Assembly: GCA_013265495.1 (NCBI GenBank)
Contig: MU058153.1
Coordinates: forward strand, 248,001 to 312,000
DNA: 64,000 bases
Direction: 5' to 3'
DNA from: Vicugna vicugna
Taxonomy: Eukaryota
Shown here: positions 38,108 to 51,152 of the stretch, in pieces
Layout: every line of letters begins with the position of its first letter
Numbering within the stretch: the first letter of the stretch is position 1
Made by a program: the position numbers and the translations under genes
The notes under the pieces: model-generated
Seen by the model: only the letters and a program-made list of their open reading frames with translations
What the model was told of the DNA's origin: nothing
The model's database searches: none

Positions 38108-41100
38108 GAAAGAAAACCACTTCTAGACAACAGCTATATTTAGAGATCATTCAGCATAGGACTTTTTTCTTTGTTTTCTAAAATACCATCTGCCTTCATT
38201 AATATTCAAATGTAGATGAAAACTGTTTTTCATAGACTCCTTGTAATCTCAAGTACCAGTAACCACTCAAGCAGAGGGATCAAAAGCAAATTCTCTAATT
38301 CTGAAGTGTTGGCTTTTTTAATATTTCATGTAAATGTTTTCAGTGGACTAAATCTAAAAAGTGATTTAAATAATGTTAAGAATCTATGGTTTTTCAGTTG
38401 ATGCCAAATTTTGCTTGTCTTCAGATATCCACCCTGTTTGTACAAGAATTCTCTATGTATCTAAGCTATCTTCCGCAGTAATTCAAAGAGTGAAAACAAC
38501 AGATCAAATATGAGTCTTTACCCTGTCATCACTCAAACCTTAAAGCAAACTTGGGGCTTTTAAGATGTCAAGGAAAGTTCAGCAATATTATTTCACAAGA
38601 AAAAAGAGAATCACAGTCTTAAGATTTGGGTGTCTTCTAAATGTCCTTCCTTATTTTAGATATCAAATTACATTTCTTGTATTATCTAACACGAAATCAT
38701 TTTATTTTATAATTACTAAGTTATATATCTATTATAAAAAAGTAAAATCTACAAATGAATGGTTTCAAAAGTAAAAGTTCCATATAGTTATACTCCCATA
38801 GATGCTGTTAATGGTTCAGAATATATTCTTAAAGTTCTTAACTGCCTGAATATTTGTGTTTTTCTATTTATTAACTTTTACAGATATAGTTATATTTTAA
38901 TTGTGTGTATTTACACATATATAATATAGTCAACTGTTTCCATATTTTGAGTATTTTATTTTGTTATTTCAGAATTATTCCTCCCAAATGTGAAAAATAT
39001 TCTCTCTTTTACAGTGAGTTTTCTATGATTTGATCAATTTTGTTAATTCTTTTATCCATTCTGATTTTATTTGGGTATGATAAATGTTTACATTTTCCCT
39101 AATTGCTACCCGTTTATATAGTTCCATGAATTATTAAATGATTTTTTAAAATTATTCTTTCAAAATTTGATTTATAACATATATACAGCTTATCAAAGGC
39201 CATCTAATTCTGATCACAAAAGAGAAAAAAATCATAGATGACCTTTCTAAGTGATACTTTTGGGGGTAAATGTCAAAAGTAGCACCTCTTAATAAGACAA
39301 AATATTATTTCTATTAATAGCATCACATCATTTCCTGATTTTTTTTTTCTTCAGACAACACAGAGGCACATATTAATTAAACTAGAAGCCAGGCAGTTTA
39401 GTTAGGAAGTACAAGCAAGTTTTCAGATGGGCCTCATATGACTTAGGGAGACAAATAATGAATACACCAACTCCATATGTAATCTTCTATGTATTAAAGC
39501 TGTCACTACAAAGCAGTTAATGATTTACAGAAGAAAAATTAAAAGAAACATGACCCACTTAAGTGATGAAATTTAGGCCATAGTTCCAAGAGAACTTCTC
39601 TATGAAAAATATGAAAAGCATAAAGACTGCAAAATATCTTAGACTGTAAAGTCATTTTAAAGCAGCAGTTCAACAATTTTAGGTGAATTCTGAGTCCCTT
39701 TTACCAGACAGACTTTGAAGTCTTGGCATTCTGACAATCTAGAATTTGCCACAATGCTGTCCATACCTATTCATGGCTCCTGTGGTTTTAGAAGGATCTT
39801 AGTTCTCAGCCCACATTTGCTGGCTTTCTATGGTGCAAAGCACTGGGCAGATGATGGTTACTCACTGCCTTTTCCTCTAACTTTGGAGATTTAGCAAGGA
39901 GCAGGCATGAACAGAGACACAGTCTGACTGGAAAGAAACCAAAAATAAAACTAATAAGCTTCTTGTACTGTCTGAATAGACTTCCCCAGTTCTTCTTGAC
40001 TTCAACAATGCTTTTACAGGTAATTATCCCATTAATCCTTGCCCAGTTTCTACCACATTGGTGACTTGAACTAAGCAAGAGACACAAATATAACATTACA
40101 TCTATTAGGGAATCAGACTTTTCGATTTCTTTGCCCGTGTGTAGAGAGGTGACCGTTTATTTGGCATTCTAGGCAGATAAAGATGCTCGAGAATAGATTT
40201 GAGGAAATTTCAGAAAACATTTAAGCCTTTTTTATGTGACTGACTTAGAATAATGTCTCCACTTTCAAAGCATTTCATTATCTTTAAAAAAACATTTTAT
40301 TAAATCATGATTGGCATTAAAAGAAAAAATGACATTTTTAATGTATACTTGATAAGTTCGGAGATAAGAATACCTCCACAAAACTATTGTCTGTTGGGGA
40401 TACCCAAGGTGTATATAAAAAATGCAGACATTCGGAATCTTGTCTCTTCACAGTCTAAGCACTGACACAGTTTCCATTGTTTCCATTTTTATAGGTTTTT
40501 TTTTTTTAATGTTTCATGTGTGAATCAGGACAGGAGTGTGTTTTTGTTTGTCTTGAAATCTGTTCCTAATTCCTATTTTGCCAAGACCATAGAGAAGTTT
40601 TCAAACAGAGTCCCTTTGCGTATGTTGTTTTTGGATAAATAGCAATGAGCAAACCTGGTTTATAGTAAATTAACATTGATTATAGTAATCACAGATGTGC
40701 AATTAACAGTTGGTCTCTACCTTTGCCCAAGAATGCAAGGAATTTTAAATCACTAAGAAATTCATGCTTTTTTTTTTTTTGTGTTCATTTTTTGGGGGAG
40801 TGGGTTGGTAATAAGAATTTGAAATCGACTTCTGGCCTTTACATAAATATTAATATTTTGATTTCATAATTATCACTTTTTAAATCTATGGCTAGTAAAT
40901 AATTTCATAATCTTACCTACATGGTGAGGGACGCTTGTGTTGAGAAATACCAGGAGGTATTTTGGGGCCCATACTGATGTTTCTTCAAGATAAATGTGAG
41001 TCCTAGGACGAGACTCTGTGGACAAATCCTTATTCGCATTCTTTTATTTAATTGTTAAAAATTCTGTGAGGTTTGTTATTCTATTTATAAATAAGGAAAC

Positions 41101-41379
41101 GGTCCAGAAGGATTAAATAAGTTTTCTTAGGCTACTAGCAAATGGCAGTCAGAATTTGAACTTCAAAGCTCAAAATGGCCTCATTGCGTCTTGAAACATT
41201 TTTCTAAGCTTGTATAAAGGAATTGAGGAGTTGACTGGGAATTGGGTCCTGCGCACCCCTAGTAGTCTCCTGCCTGAATATCCCTAAACTTCCTGGGTAG
41301 AGTTGGACCCCACATAGAGTGGCTTCCAGGGAGAGAACATGGCTTGTATTTTCCTGCTGAGACCTCACTATACAGGCCA

Positions 41380-41990
41380 TCTTGTCTATTCTCCATGAGC
41401 CATCAAATCTGAGTCAAATTCTATCCCTCCTAGTGTGAAAGTCCCTAACAGTTTCAAATGACAAACAGAAAAGCATCTTAGGACCTGAAAGTTAACTATA
41501 TTATGAGAACCACATCTGCTTCTCCAGCCTCTTTCCCTTATCTTCTTTCATCAGTGATTTCTTATCACACTACCTTCTTCTCTCCTGCAGACTTGCCAGC
41601 ATCATTCATACTCCAGAGCCTTGGCACATGCCCTTCCCCTCTACTTGGAACCATCTTTCTCCATGTCTTTGTGGGACTCCTTCCATCTCATCATCAAGTT
41701 TTCAGCTTATATGTCACCATCTCTGAAAAGCCTTCCCTGACCACCTTAGCTAAAGTGCCCCTCCATTGCCGTATCACAAACCATTATCTTCCTAATTGTT
41801 TTTATTTCCCTTACCACTACGTAAAATTATCATTTCTATTTATATTTATCACTGTTTTCTTCCCACATTGGAATGTAGATAGGGAAATTGTCCTGTCTAT
41901 TAAGCTATTCCCACTTCTTGAACAGTACCATGACCATAGTGGAGAGACAATAAATATTTGTCAAATTATACATGAATTAATGAATTAAGC
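41380..41990 (+). mobile_element. L2 LINE 3' end
   Basis: ATGTCACCATCTCTGAAAAGCCTTCCCTGACCACC...CAATAAATATTTGTC...ATGAATTAATGAAT. Confidence 0.85.
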
Positions 41991-42048
41991 ACCTGATACA
42001 TGATAAGTGCTCAGTAAACACTATTTCTATTTATTTAAAAGCAATATA

Positions 42049-42831
42049 CCTCTCTAGAAATCAGTTAGTTCCTTGTAAAACTAAACACACAATTACTGTT
42101 CAGCCTAGCAACTGCACCTTGGGGCATTTATCGCAGAGAAATGAAAATTTGTTTACAAAAATCCTATACACAAATTTACATAGGAGCTTTATTTATAATA
42201 GCCCAAACTAGAAGTAATCCAGGTGTCCTGAAATGAGTTAATAGTTAAAAGGACTGTAGTGTATCCCTGCCATAGAGTACTGTTCAAGAGTAAAAAGAAA
42301 CTACTGAGTACACTCATCCACTTGGGTGAATCTCCAGGAAATTATGCTGAGTGAAGAAAGCCAATCACAGAGGTTACATACTGAATCGTTTTATTTACAT
42401 AACATTCTTGAAAAGGCAAAATTGTAGAGATGGAGAACAGATCAGTGGTTATACCGGTTAGGAGCAAGGAGGTAGTAGGAAGGAGGAAGTTGTGATTATA
42501 AAAGGACCAAAAGAGGTATCCTTGTGGTGATGGAACTTCTGTGTCTTGACTATGGTGGTAGAGACATGAATCTGTACATGTGGTATATAGAACGAAATAC
42601 ACCCCCTCACACACACACATACATAAATGAGTACAAGTAAAACGGGAGAAATCTGAGTAAGATTGTTGAGTTGTATAAATGTCAATATACTGGGTATGTC
42701 ATTGAACTATAATTTTGTAAGATATTACCTTGGAAGAAACTGGGTAAAGAGTATGCAGAATCCTTCTGTATTTCTTAAAACTGCATGTGAATCTACAGTT
42801 ATCTCAAAATGTAAAATTTAATGTTAAAAAA
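42049..42831 (+). mobile_element. Old LINE-1 3' end (L1MC/L1MD-like) with retained TSD
   Basis: L1M 3'UTR motifs (TTATGCTGAGTGAA, GAGAACAGATCAGTGGTT, TGAATCTACAGTTATCTCAAAAT); AAAAGCAATATA at both 42037-48 and 42828-39. Confidence 0.9.
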
Positions 42832-43789
42832 GCAATATAATCTTAAAACATGAATAATTGTGTAAGAATCTTGTTTTAAAAATGAATAAACTGCTGCCCA
42901 CAAACAATACTGAGAGAAGTTGTGTTAAATAATTCGAACTTATACTGACACTGTAACTTATGATCCTATTGAAAGAATGACTTTTTTTTTCTGCATCTTT
43001 CTCTTTAGACTATGTTCATTATTTTTTCTTTTTTTTAAATTCAGAATCAAGCTTTCTCATTTAGTTGGAATGTGTATTTGTTCAGAGGCACTGGAAAAGG
43101 CTAATTGTATCTGTGCAAGAATCACTGGACATGGTAAACCTGGGAAGTAAAGCCAAATTCCCAGATATACACCATTAGAACCTGTAGTGAATGTAGTAAT
43201 GGATGTATTTCTCCTTCGTTAATTAAATTCACAATTTGGCAAGTGCTGCTGTGGTGGTCTTAGGTGATCATGTGCATGTGTGTTTTAGCATGGCTGGCTC
43301 ACACCTAAGCATGGGACACTGGTTTGCTAGCCAAATTCTCTGAGGAAATAGAATATAGAATGTTTTGATTCTGACATATTTATTTAATCTAGATCTGAAA
43401 TATCCACTTTGGGTCCATGAAATTGTCATGTTTAATTATGTGCCAAATTTTACATTTTCTTAAGGGGTAAGATTTTTATTCTTTTGAAAAGATCATGGCT
43501 TTAAAGTTAAATAGAATTGAATTTGAAGCCTAGTTTTGTCAATTGTTAACTCACTATAAAACTTAAGTAAGTCATGTAACTGTGCCTGTCATGCCTTTGC
43601 TCTCCTCTCCACCAGTGATCCTATTCCCTTATGTCAGTCACTCACTTGCATGGTCATAACCTAAAATTTGTCATGATGTAGCCCTTATACAGGCTCAGTT
43701 GTATGCATCCCATCCTCTGACCACATCTATCTTCTTTCTGTTGACAGAGTTTCTATTACCAGACTCCAGTGATCTTTGACCCCAGTGAG

Positions 43790-44280
43790 ACCTCCTTCCT
43801 TATCCCAAAGCCATGAAGAATATTATTCTATATTATTTTCTGTAAATTTACTCTAGAAAAGTTTTTAGTCTTTTAACTGTGTTTTATTTTGTGTAGTTTC
43901 TAGTCTTTTAACTGTGCTTTATTTTGTATAGTTTCTATTGGCTATGGCTTCAGATTTTTCTTCTGCAATAGCCAATCTGCCATTAATATTCTTAGTGTAT
44001 TTTTCATTTCAGATTACTCAATTTCGTAAATTTCATTTGAGTCTCTTTTTGCATCTTCCATGCTCTCATCATCAGTTTAATAATTTCTTCTTGAACATAT
44101 ACAGTATATTTATAACAGCCATATAAACATGCTTGTCTAAAACTTCACCATCATTATCCCTTCTTGGCCTGTTTCTGTTGATTGATTTTCTCATGGTTAA
44201 AGCTTGAATTTTCCTGCTTATTTGGATACTTGGTCACTTTTTCTTGGATTACAGACATTGTGAATGTATGCATGCATATC
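43790..44280 (-). mobile_element. Old L1M fragments (antisense)
   Basis: T-rich antisense L1 motifs similar to 48660-48990; further old antisense L1 follows the inserted L1 at 45430-45660. Confidence 0.55.
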
Positions 44281-44310
44281 TAAAATCTAACTGGATAATT
44301 GTAGGAGGGA

Positions 44311-45419
44311 TTTTTAAAACATTTTAAAAATTTTTATACATTTTAAAGGTTATTTCCATTTACAATTATTATAAAATATTGACTATATTCCCTGTATTGT
44401 AAAATACATCCTTGAGCCTATCTTACACACAATAGTTTGTATCTCCCATTTCTCCACCTCTATATTGCCCCTTCCCTCTCATTGGCAACCACTCGTTTGT
44501 TCTCTGTATCTGTGAGTCTGCTTCTTTTTTGTTATAGCCACTAGTTTACTGCATTCTTTAGATTCCACATATAGGTAATATCATACAGTATTTGTCTTTC
44601 TCTATCTAACTTATTTCGCTTAGCATAATGCCCTCCAAATCATCCATATTGCTACAGATGGCAAAATTTCATCCTTTTTAATGGCTAAGTAGTATTCCAT
44701 TGCACATGTACACCACATCTTCTTTCTCCAATCATCTGTTGATGGACATTTAGGTTGTTTCCGTATCTTGGCAAATGTAAATAATGCTGCTATGATCATT
44801 GAGTGCATGTATCTTTTCTTTTCAAATTAGTGTTTTATTAGGAAATAAAAGCAAAAGTAAACAAGTGAGACCTAATTAAGCTTAAAAGCTTTTGCATGGC
44901 AAAGGAAACCATTGACAAAATGAAAAGACAACCTATTGAATGGGAGAAAATATTTGTAAATGGTATGACCAATAAGGGGTTAATATCAAACATATATAAA
45001 CAGCTCAGAGAACTCAACATCAAAAAATAAAAAACAGAGAACTCAACATCAAAAAAAAAAAACAGTTGAAAATGGGCAAAATAACTAGATAGACATTTAT
45101 CCAAAGAGGAAATGCAGATGGCCAATAAGGCACATGAAAAGATGCTCAACATCTCTAACCATTAGGGAAATGCAAATCAAAACCACAGTGGATTATCACC
45201 TTACACCAGTTAAGAATGGCCATCATCAAAAAGTCTACAAATAATAAATGCTGGAGAGGGTATGGAGAAAAGGGAACCCTCCTACACTGTTGGTAGGAAT
45301 GTAAATTGGTGCAGCCACTGTGGAAAACACTATGGAGGTTTCTCAATAAACTAACAATAGCACCATGACCCAGGAGTTCCACTCCTGAGTGTAAATCTGA
45401 AAAAAACAAAAATACTAAT
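44311..45419 (-). mobile_element. Cetartiodactyl LINE-1 with 5' inversion
   Basis: 44311-44839 is an antisense 3' end; 44840-45419 is sense ORF2 reading [37 protein letters not shown], matching the L1 ORF2 C-terminal region. Confidence 0.92.
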
Positions 45420-46193
45420 GGGAGAATGGGAGCGATTGTTTTATTCTTTTTTTCCATGTGAATATCCAGTTGTCACTGTATAATTTATTGAGATGACATT
45501 CATTTCTCCCATGGTTCTGTAGTTCTTTGTCATAATTCAAATATCCTTACGTGTATATTGTTTCTGATCTCTCTTCTGTTCCATTGATTTACTTTCCTTT
45601 TTTCCCAATACCATGTAATCTTAATTACTGTAGCTTTACTTAATCTTTAATTTAGCTTTATTTACTATATAAGACTTTTTACACAAAGTGTTATAACAAA
45701 TAGCTTTATACTAACCCAGTCAAATATTTTATTCAAGAATGCTGTATTCAAAAGTATATCTACCTAATAATCCAAGATGGTACTCACTCTGGACCCAGTT
45801 TCAATATAATGAAAGAGCAGTATGTATGACTACAAATAAATGCATACAAATGACACAAATAAAACTGTGTTTCCTGATGCCTAGGACTACCTTCATGACG
45901 TACGTTAAAATGTTTGTGGCAGACAGACATGTCCTCAAAGTCCTTTCTTTAAGAGAGGCATTGAATCACTACATAAGCATGTTTTGCATCATTGTACAAA
46001 TTTTTAAATATTCCTATCACAGGTCACATAAATGTAATTTAATGATTCGCAGAATTGTGTAGAAATTGTTTAAAATTTTTTGTACTTTAATTTTCCATTT
46101 TTAAATGTGCAACCTTTAACAACATTAATTACTAACTGCTTTTTGACTTCATCATCCAACCCCATGTGGGAGCCCATGATTGGGTAAACAAAT

Positions 46194-46940
46194 TGTAACA
46201 GACCCCAGCCGCTTGTCTCCTTAAAGAAGAGCAAATGTGCTTAGTAACTGCCTTGCTTGCATAGTTGAGGTTTTAGATAGCACTCTGCTCTTTGCAAAGC
46301 AACAACCCAGGCCCTTGGCTATAAACGCTGGGCGTGCCTGCTGTTAAATAGTCTTCTATCCTCAAAGCAAGGAACTGGCTGGGCTGGTGGTCTGCTTTAA
46401 CATATCTATAAGAATGTATCTTGCTCCCCTCTTCCCATGACTTCCCTAAAGGTAAACTGTAGGCCCCCAAAGGAAGGAGCCTGGGGCTGGAATGGTAAAC
46501 AAGTTATAAAAAGCTGCAGACTCAGAGGTGAGAAGGCTGGTTAGCCACTGACGGGTGAGACCCCCAGAAGGGGGCAACCTAAGACAGGCACAGCCGCCTT
46601 GAGTCCAAGAAAAATGTTAAGCAGCTTCTTCTCAGATGTTCTGCCCTGATAAGCTGTAAGGCTCGCTGATGTCATCAGGAACATGACTTACCAAAGCATA
46701 AAGGGTCTTCTGACCTTGAGCCAGACTCTACAATCTAGATCCCACCTGTCTTTCCCTAAATTCCTGCATTCCATCACACAACTGTCAGTGATTTCTCCTT
46801 TGATTGTACACAATAAATGTGGGGGTGTTTGAGAGGCTCATGGAGATGGCTCCCGACTCCCTCTCGCTCTCTTGACTTTTCCACAGAGTCTTGAGTAATT
46901 CATTCCGTTTCGGTGGGACTTCTGCTGGCCAGAACCCACA
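46194..46940 (+). mobile_element. ERV LTR (about 750 bp) followed by a PBS-like stub
   Basis: Starts TGTAACA and ends GCTGGCCAGAACCCACA; AATAAA at about 46812; TGGTG begins 2 nt after the terminal CA. Confidence 0.7.
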
Positions 46941-48399
46941 ACTGGTGATGAACCCACAACCCAAACAGAATTTGATTTGGTTTCAGGAATTGCGTCCTTT
47001 TACCAAAGCCTGAACTTGGAAATGCAACAGCACAAGTGCAAAAGCGACTGTGCAGCCTGAAGCTGCAAACCCTACGCCAGTAGCTCTCTACCAGATGAGT
47101 CTTGTTTCTAGCCTACAGCTGGCTAGCGTCAGCATCACCTCAGAGTGCAGAATTAGAGAGAAGAACCTGGAAGGTTGCTGCTCTACCAGCACAGACGGGC
47201 GGTTTTAGACTTTTATATCAACTTCTTGCCCTGTTAAGTGGGCAAAGGGATTTTCACCTGTGTAAATATGCATGTGTTCCTTTTAAACTGTCAGCATCAG
47301 AAAAGTCTTGTAGCAGATTTTGCAGGCACTCTTCTGAGCTCCCTCTGCGACTAAGACGTTGACCCCTGATGAGGCCTTCTTGCACTTTGACAGAACACCG
47401 ACAGATGCCCTCATTGTAGGTGGAACGCCAGCATGGCACGGATGACCATGTTCTAATGAGGATATGACCCCATTCATCATCGCCAGGAAGCAGCAGAGTT
47501 TTTAGGATCTGTGAGTTCCTGACAGTTCTTACAGATAGCATTGAGGCGATACTGTGAAATGTTACTGGCTCCTCCTCTTCGGGAATCCATCCTTACCCTG
47601 GGGACAGAATAGTGGAGACTTAAACCAGACCGAGAGAAACAGAACCCAGACAGTTCATGGCGGCCCACCATTTCCTTCATAGGCCTAACAGAATGGAATC
47701 TGTAAGTTCATTGGACAGGTTTTCCATGTGAGATCCAGGGGCATGTGAATACCAGTCTGTAAGGCCCAGCCTCTGGATTCAGGAAACAAATTGCCTCACA
47801 CTCCCATCTGAAGTCACTAGTGATGCTGTCGGTGGTACATTATTGTCACTATTCTGATCTATGCTAAAATTACTCCTTCTGCTCTTTTAAAGTAATTTGA
47901 AATGCTAAAAGTAGGCTTCTGTTCTAGGTTATAATCTAGGTTATTCTAATATATGAATGTGATCTACCCAGCCGCTGCAAGGCTGGAGAACTGAAAAACT
48001 CTGAGGTCTTTCTTCTCAGCAGTTACAACCATTCCTTCCACCTTCTCGGATTCCCTACCTTCAGCTGTGAGCCCACATAGTTCACTTTCTCCTGTGGTTC
48101 AGGGAGCCCAGGGTTAACGATTTAGACACCATTCTCATGTGCTTCTTCTCAAAGAGGCCAACTTAAGGATTTTGACAATGAAAACCACTATTCTCAGCTG
48201 CAGCTTCCTGCTCAAAACTTATTTCAACTTGTGATGCCATTGGCAGCTATGCTGTATTAACAGTATGGTATGAGCTGGGCACCTAGACAAATCTTGAGTG
48301 CTGAAAGAGCGGTCAAACATGACAATACTATCTTCCTGGTTTTTGGTCATGTCATCTGATTGAGGGTTGTCCATTTTCTGCCCTGGGTTGTTTTCACTA

Positions 48400-49720
48400 T
48401 GTTCATATAGCTTGTGTTTCATTAACCTTCTTATCTTTGTGGTTTGTGCTTTTATGAAATTTGGGAAGGCTTTTAATCATTATTTATTCAAATATTTTTT
48501 CCTGGTCTTCTTTCTCTTTTCTGGGACCCCAATTCCACATATTTAACCACTTGATATTATACCAGAGGTAGATTTTTATTTTGTTTCAACCAGAAGTAGA
48601 TTTTAATTTTGTTTCAGTCTTTTATTTTTAACTCTCTGCTCTATTTTTAATTGTTTTTATATCTATATGTTTTCTTCTGCAGCATTGAAATTTGTCATTA
48701 CCTCTCCTTCAGTGCATTTTTCATATCAGATATTTATTTCTCAGTTTCAGAAATTTATTTCTCAGTGTGGTTTTTTGTTAACTTTTTCATTTCTTTCATT
48801 GCCATTTTTATATTTTACTGAACATATGCAGATATTTATAATAGCTGTTTTGACACATTTGCCTGCAAATTCTATCATATCTATTCTTTCTAGATATATT
48901 TTGATTGATTTTCTTCTGGTTAAGTTTCAGATTTTTCTGTTCATTTGGATGCCTGATTATTTTTAATTGGATGCCAAACATTAAAAATTTTATGTTACTG
49001 AGTGCTAGATTTTGCTATATTTCTTTAAATAATGGTGGGCCTTTTGGGGACACACAATTAAGTTATTTGGAATCAGTTTTATCTTTTTGAGTCTTGCTTT
49101 TAAAATTTGTTAGAACAAGTGCAGAGCAAGCTTTTTTCTAAGATTAATTTAGCCTCATTATGAAACTGTTACACATCTGAAGTCTACCCCCTGCCTCATG
49201 AACTGCAGAGTTTTCCCACAAGGCTGGAAGAAACATAACCTATTCATAGCTATGTTAGCATTTGAAATTTTTTGGTCTACTGCTCCCTGGTTTTCCTTTC
49301 ACTGTATTGGGTAGTTTCTCTCATGCATATGCGAATCAGTACTCAGCCAGAGATTAAGGGCCCTCCAGGAGGCTCTCCAAGCATCCCCCTCTGTCTCTTC
49401 CTCATGTACAACACTCTGCCCGCCAAATTCTAGCCGTCTTATCCTCTGAACACTCTACCCTCTGAATCCTCAGGTCTGTTTGAAGTCTTCATCTCTTCAC
49501 TGTGATCTGGAAACTGTTTCTGTACATTTAGTTTGGGAAAACATGGGCTAACCTTGTTTGGTTTTCTCTCAGTTATCACAGTTTTGTTCTGCCTGTTGTC
49601 CAATGTCTGAAAACCCTTGATTTCATATATTTTGCCTGCTTTTCTGGTTTTTGTTTTTATTTAAGCAGGAAACTAAATCCAGTCTCTGTTACTCCATTAT
49701 GGCCTGAAGTGGAAATCTCT
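48400..49720 (-). mobile_element. Old LINE-1 5' region/ORF1 remnant (L1M4/L1ME-like)
   Basis: TTATTCAAATATTTTTTC...TTTCTGGGACCCCAATT (antisense ORF1 motif); CTGCCTGTTGTCCAATGTCTGAAAAC..TTTCATATATTTTG. Confidence 0.75.
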
Positions 49721-51152
49721 AATTTACTTATTTATTTTCTGTTTTGTTTATCTTACCTATAATGAAATGAAAGCTTTATAAGGAAATAGATATTTGTGAC
49801 TGATTTATTCATTGAGGTATGTATGCCAACTACCTAGAATAGTTCCTTGCACATGGTAAATACTAAAAAGTTATTTGTTGAATTAATGAGTAAATAAGTA
49901 GATAAATAAAACAATATAACTTCATAGTCTGTGTTCTCATCCTTTAGCCTACATTGTTTTTATTTTTCAGAGGAAGCCTCCATCCTACTGAAAGTTTTTG
50001 ACTGCTTGGCCAGTTTCCTTATTACATGTTACAGTCACTATTTAGCAAAATCATTTAATTATGCCCTGGAGGTTCTAAAAATTGTTTGACTTAGATGATG
50101 GTATTTATGATGAAGTGGAAGAAAGGAAATACTCCAAAAACTTTCAGTGTTTCATAAGGCCTACAATTAGGTAATGTAATATCCAAGGTCAGCTTTCTAG
50201 TAAGAGATAGACTTGAATATTTATGCTCAATTTTGGAAGCTCCCTCTTTCACTGCTGTTCCCCCAATCCAGTTATGGTAGGTATTGTGCAGTCAGGAATC
50301 TCTATTAATATGAAAACTCAGCTGGAAGAAAGTTAATCAAACAGTCAATCAGTTTTTTAAATCAAAAAAATAATAAAACACCTCTAGTCTTAAAAATTAC
50401 CGTCATTAATCAGCACTAGGAACAGCAGCAAATAATAAATGAACCCAGAACACCAATGGCAAAGAAGGAAGTTTATACCCCTGTTCAGGAAGTTTTGTCT
50501 TGGAAAGGCCTCAGCTAACAGAGTAGGAATGTGCCATTTGCCTCAGGACTTGAAAAGAAAAAAAAAAGCAACAGAGAGCATTAAGGGGAAAAATTACCAT
50601 CTTAAATACATTCCTACACATGTTAGAAATGAACTGACTTTTGAAAGCTATTACCCGTTAATTGGAAAATCACAGAGCAGATGGAACCAATTAATCTACA
50701 ATTGCAGAATTACTACAATCCAAACAAAAATAATTAACTCATTTGCAAGATATAATTTTTTTAAAGAAACTTTCCTCTTAATATCTCTAAAATTGGGCAA
50801 GAGGCACAGCATTTCATTGTCATAGGGGAGTTTAAACCATTCCTGGGGGCTTAATTTCCCTTCAGGATAAAGAGGAGCTGGTCTTATTGTGAAATGTTCA
50901 GCCCTAACTTCCAAAAAAAGAATACAGATGTAAAGCATGTTAAGCCAATTCGTTTAAGACTGTTATTTGTATCTACTACACATGAAGAACTGTATTAGTT
51001 GCGGATTATAAAATGGTGACTGATAATAGGTAAGAATTTTGCAGTCATGGAGTTTAGAGTCTAGTGTGTGGCAAATACCAAATCAATGCCCAAATAAATG
51101 CCAAATCGCAATCTTAATTCATGCTGTGAAGAAGGGCTACATGGTATAATGT

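Noticed and set aside
41503..41988. Longest ORF in the track (161 aa)
   Set aside because: Lies entirely within a decayed L2 3' end; low-complexity S/L/F/P composition; no recognisable domain
44620..45457. ORFs of 62-104 aa resembling database 'hypothetical proteins'
   Set aside because: Sense or antisense readings of an L1 ORF2 fragment with stops and frameshifts; not host genes
47360..47400. CTGATGA hammerhead-like core (also at about 28811)
   Set aside because: No closing stem II followed by GAAA, and no stems I/III
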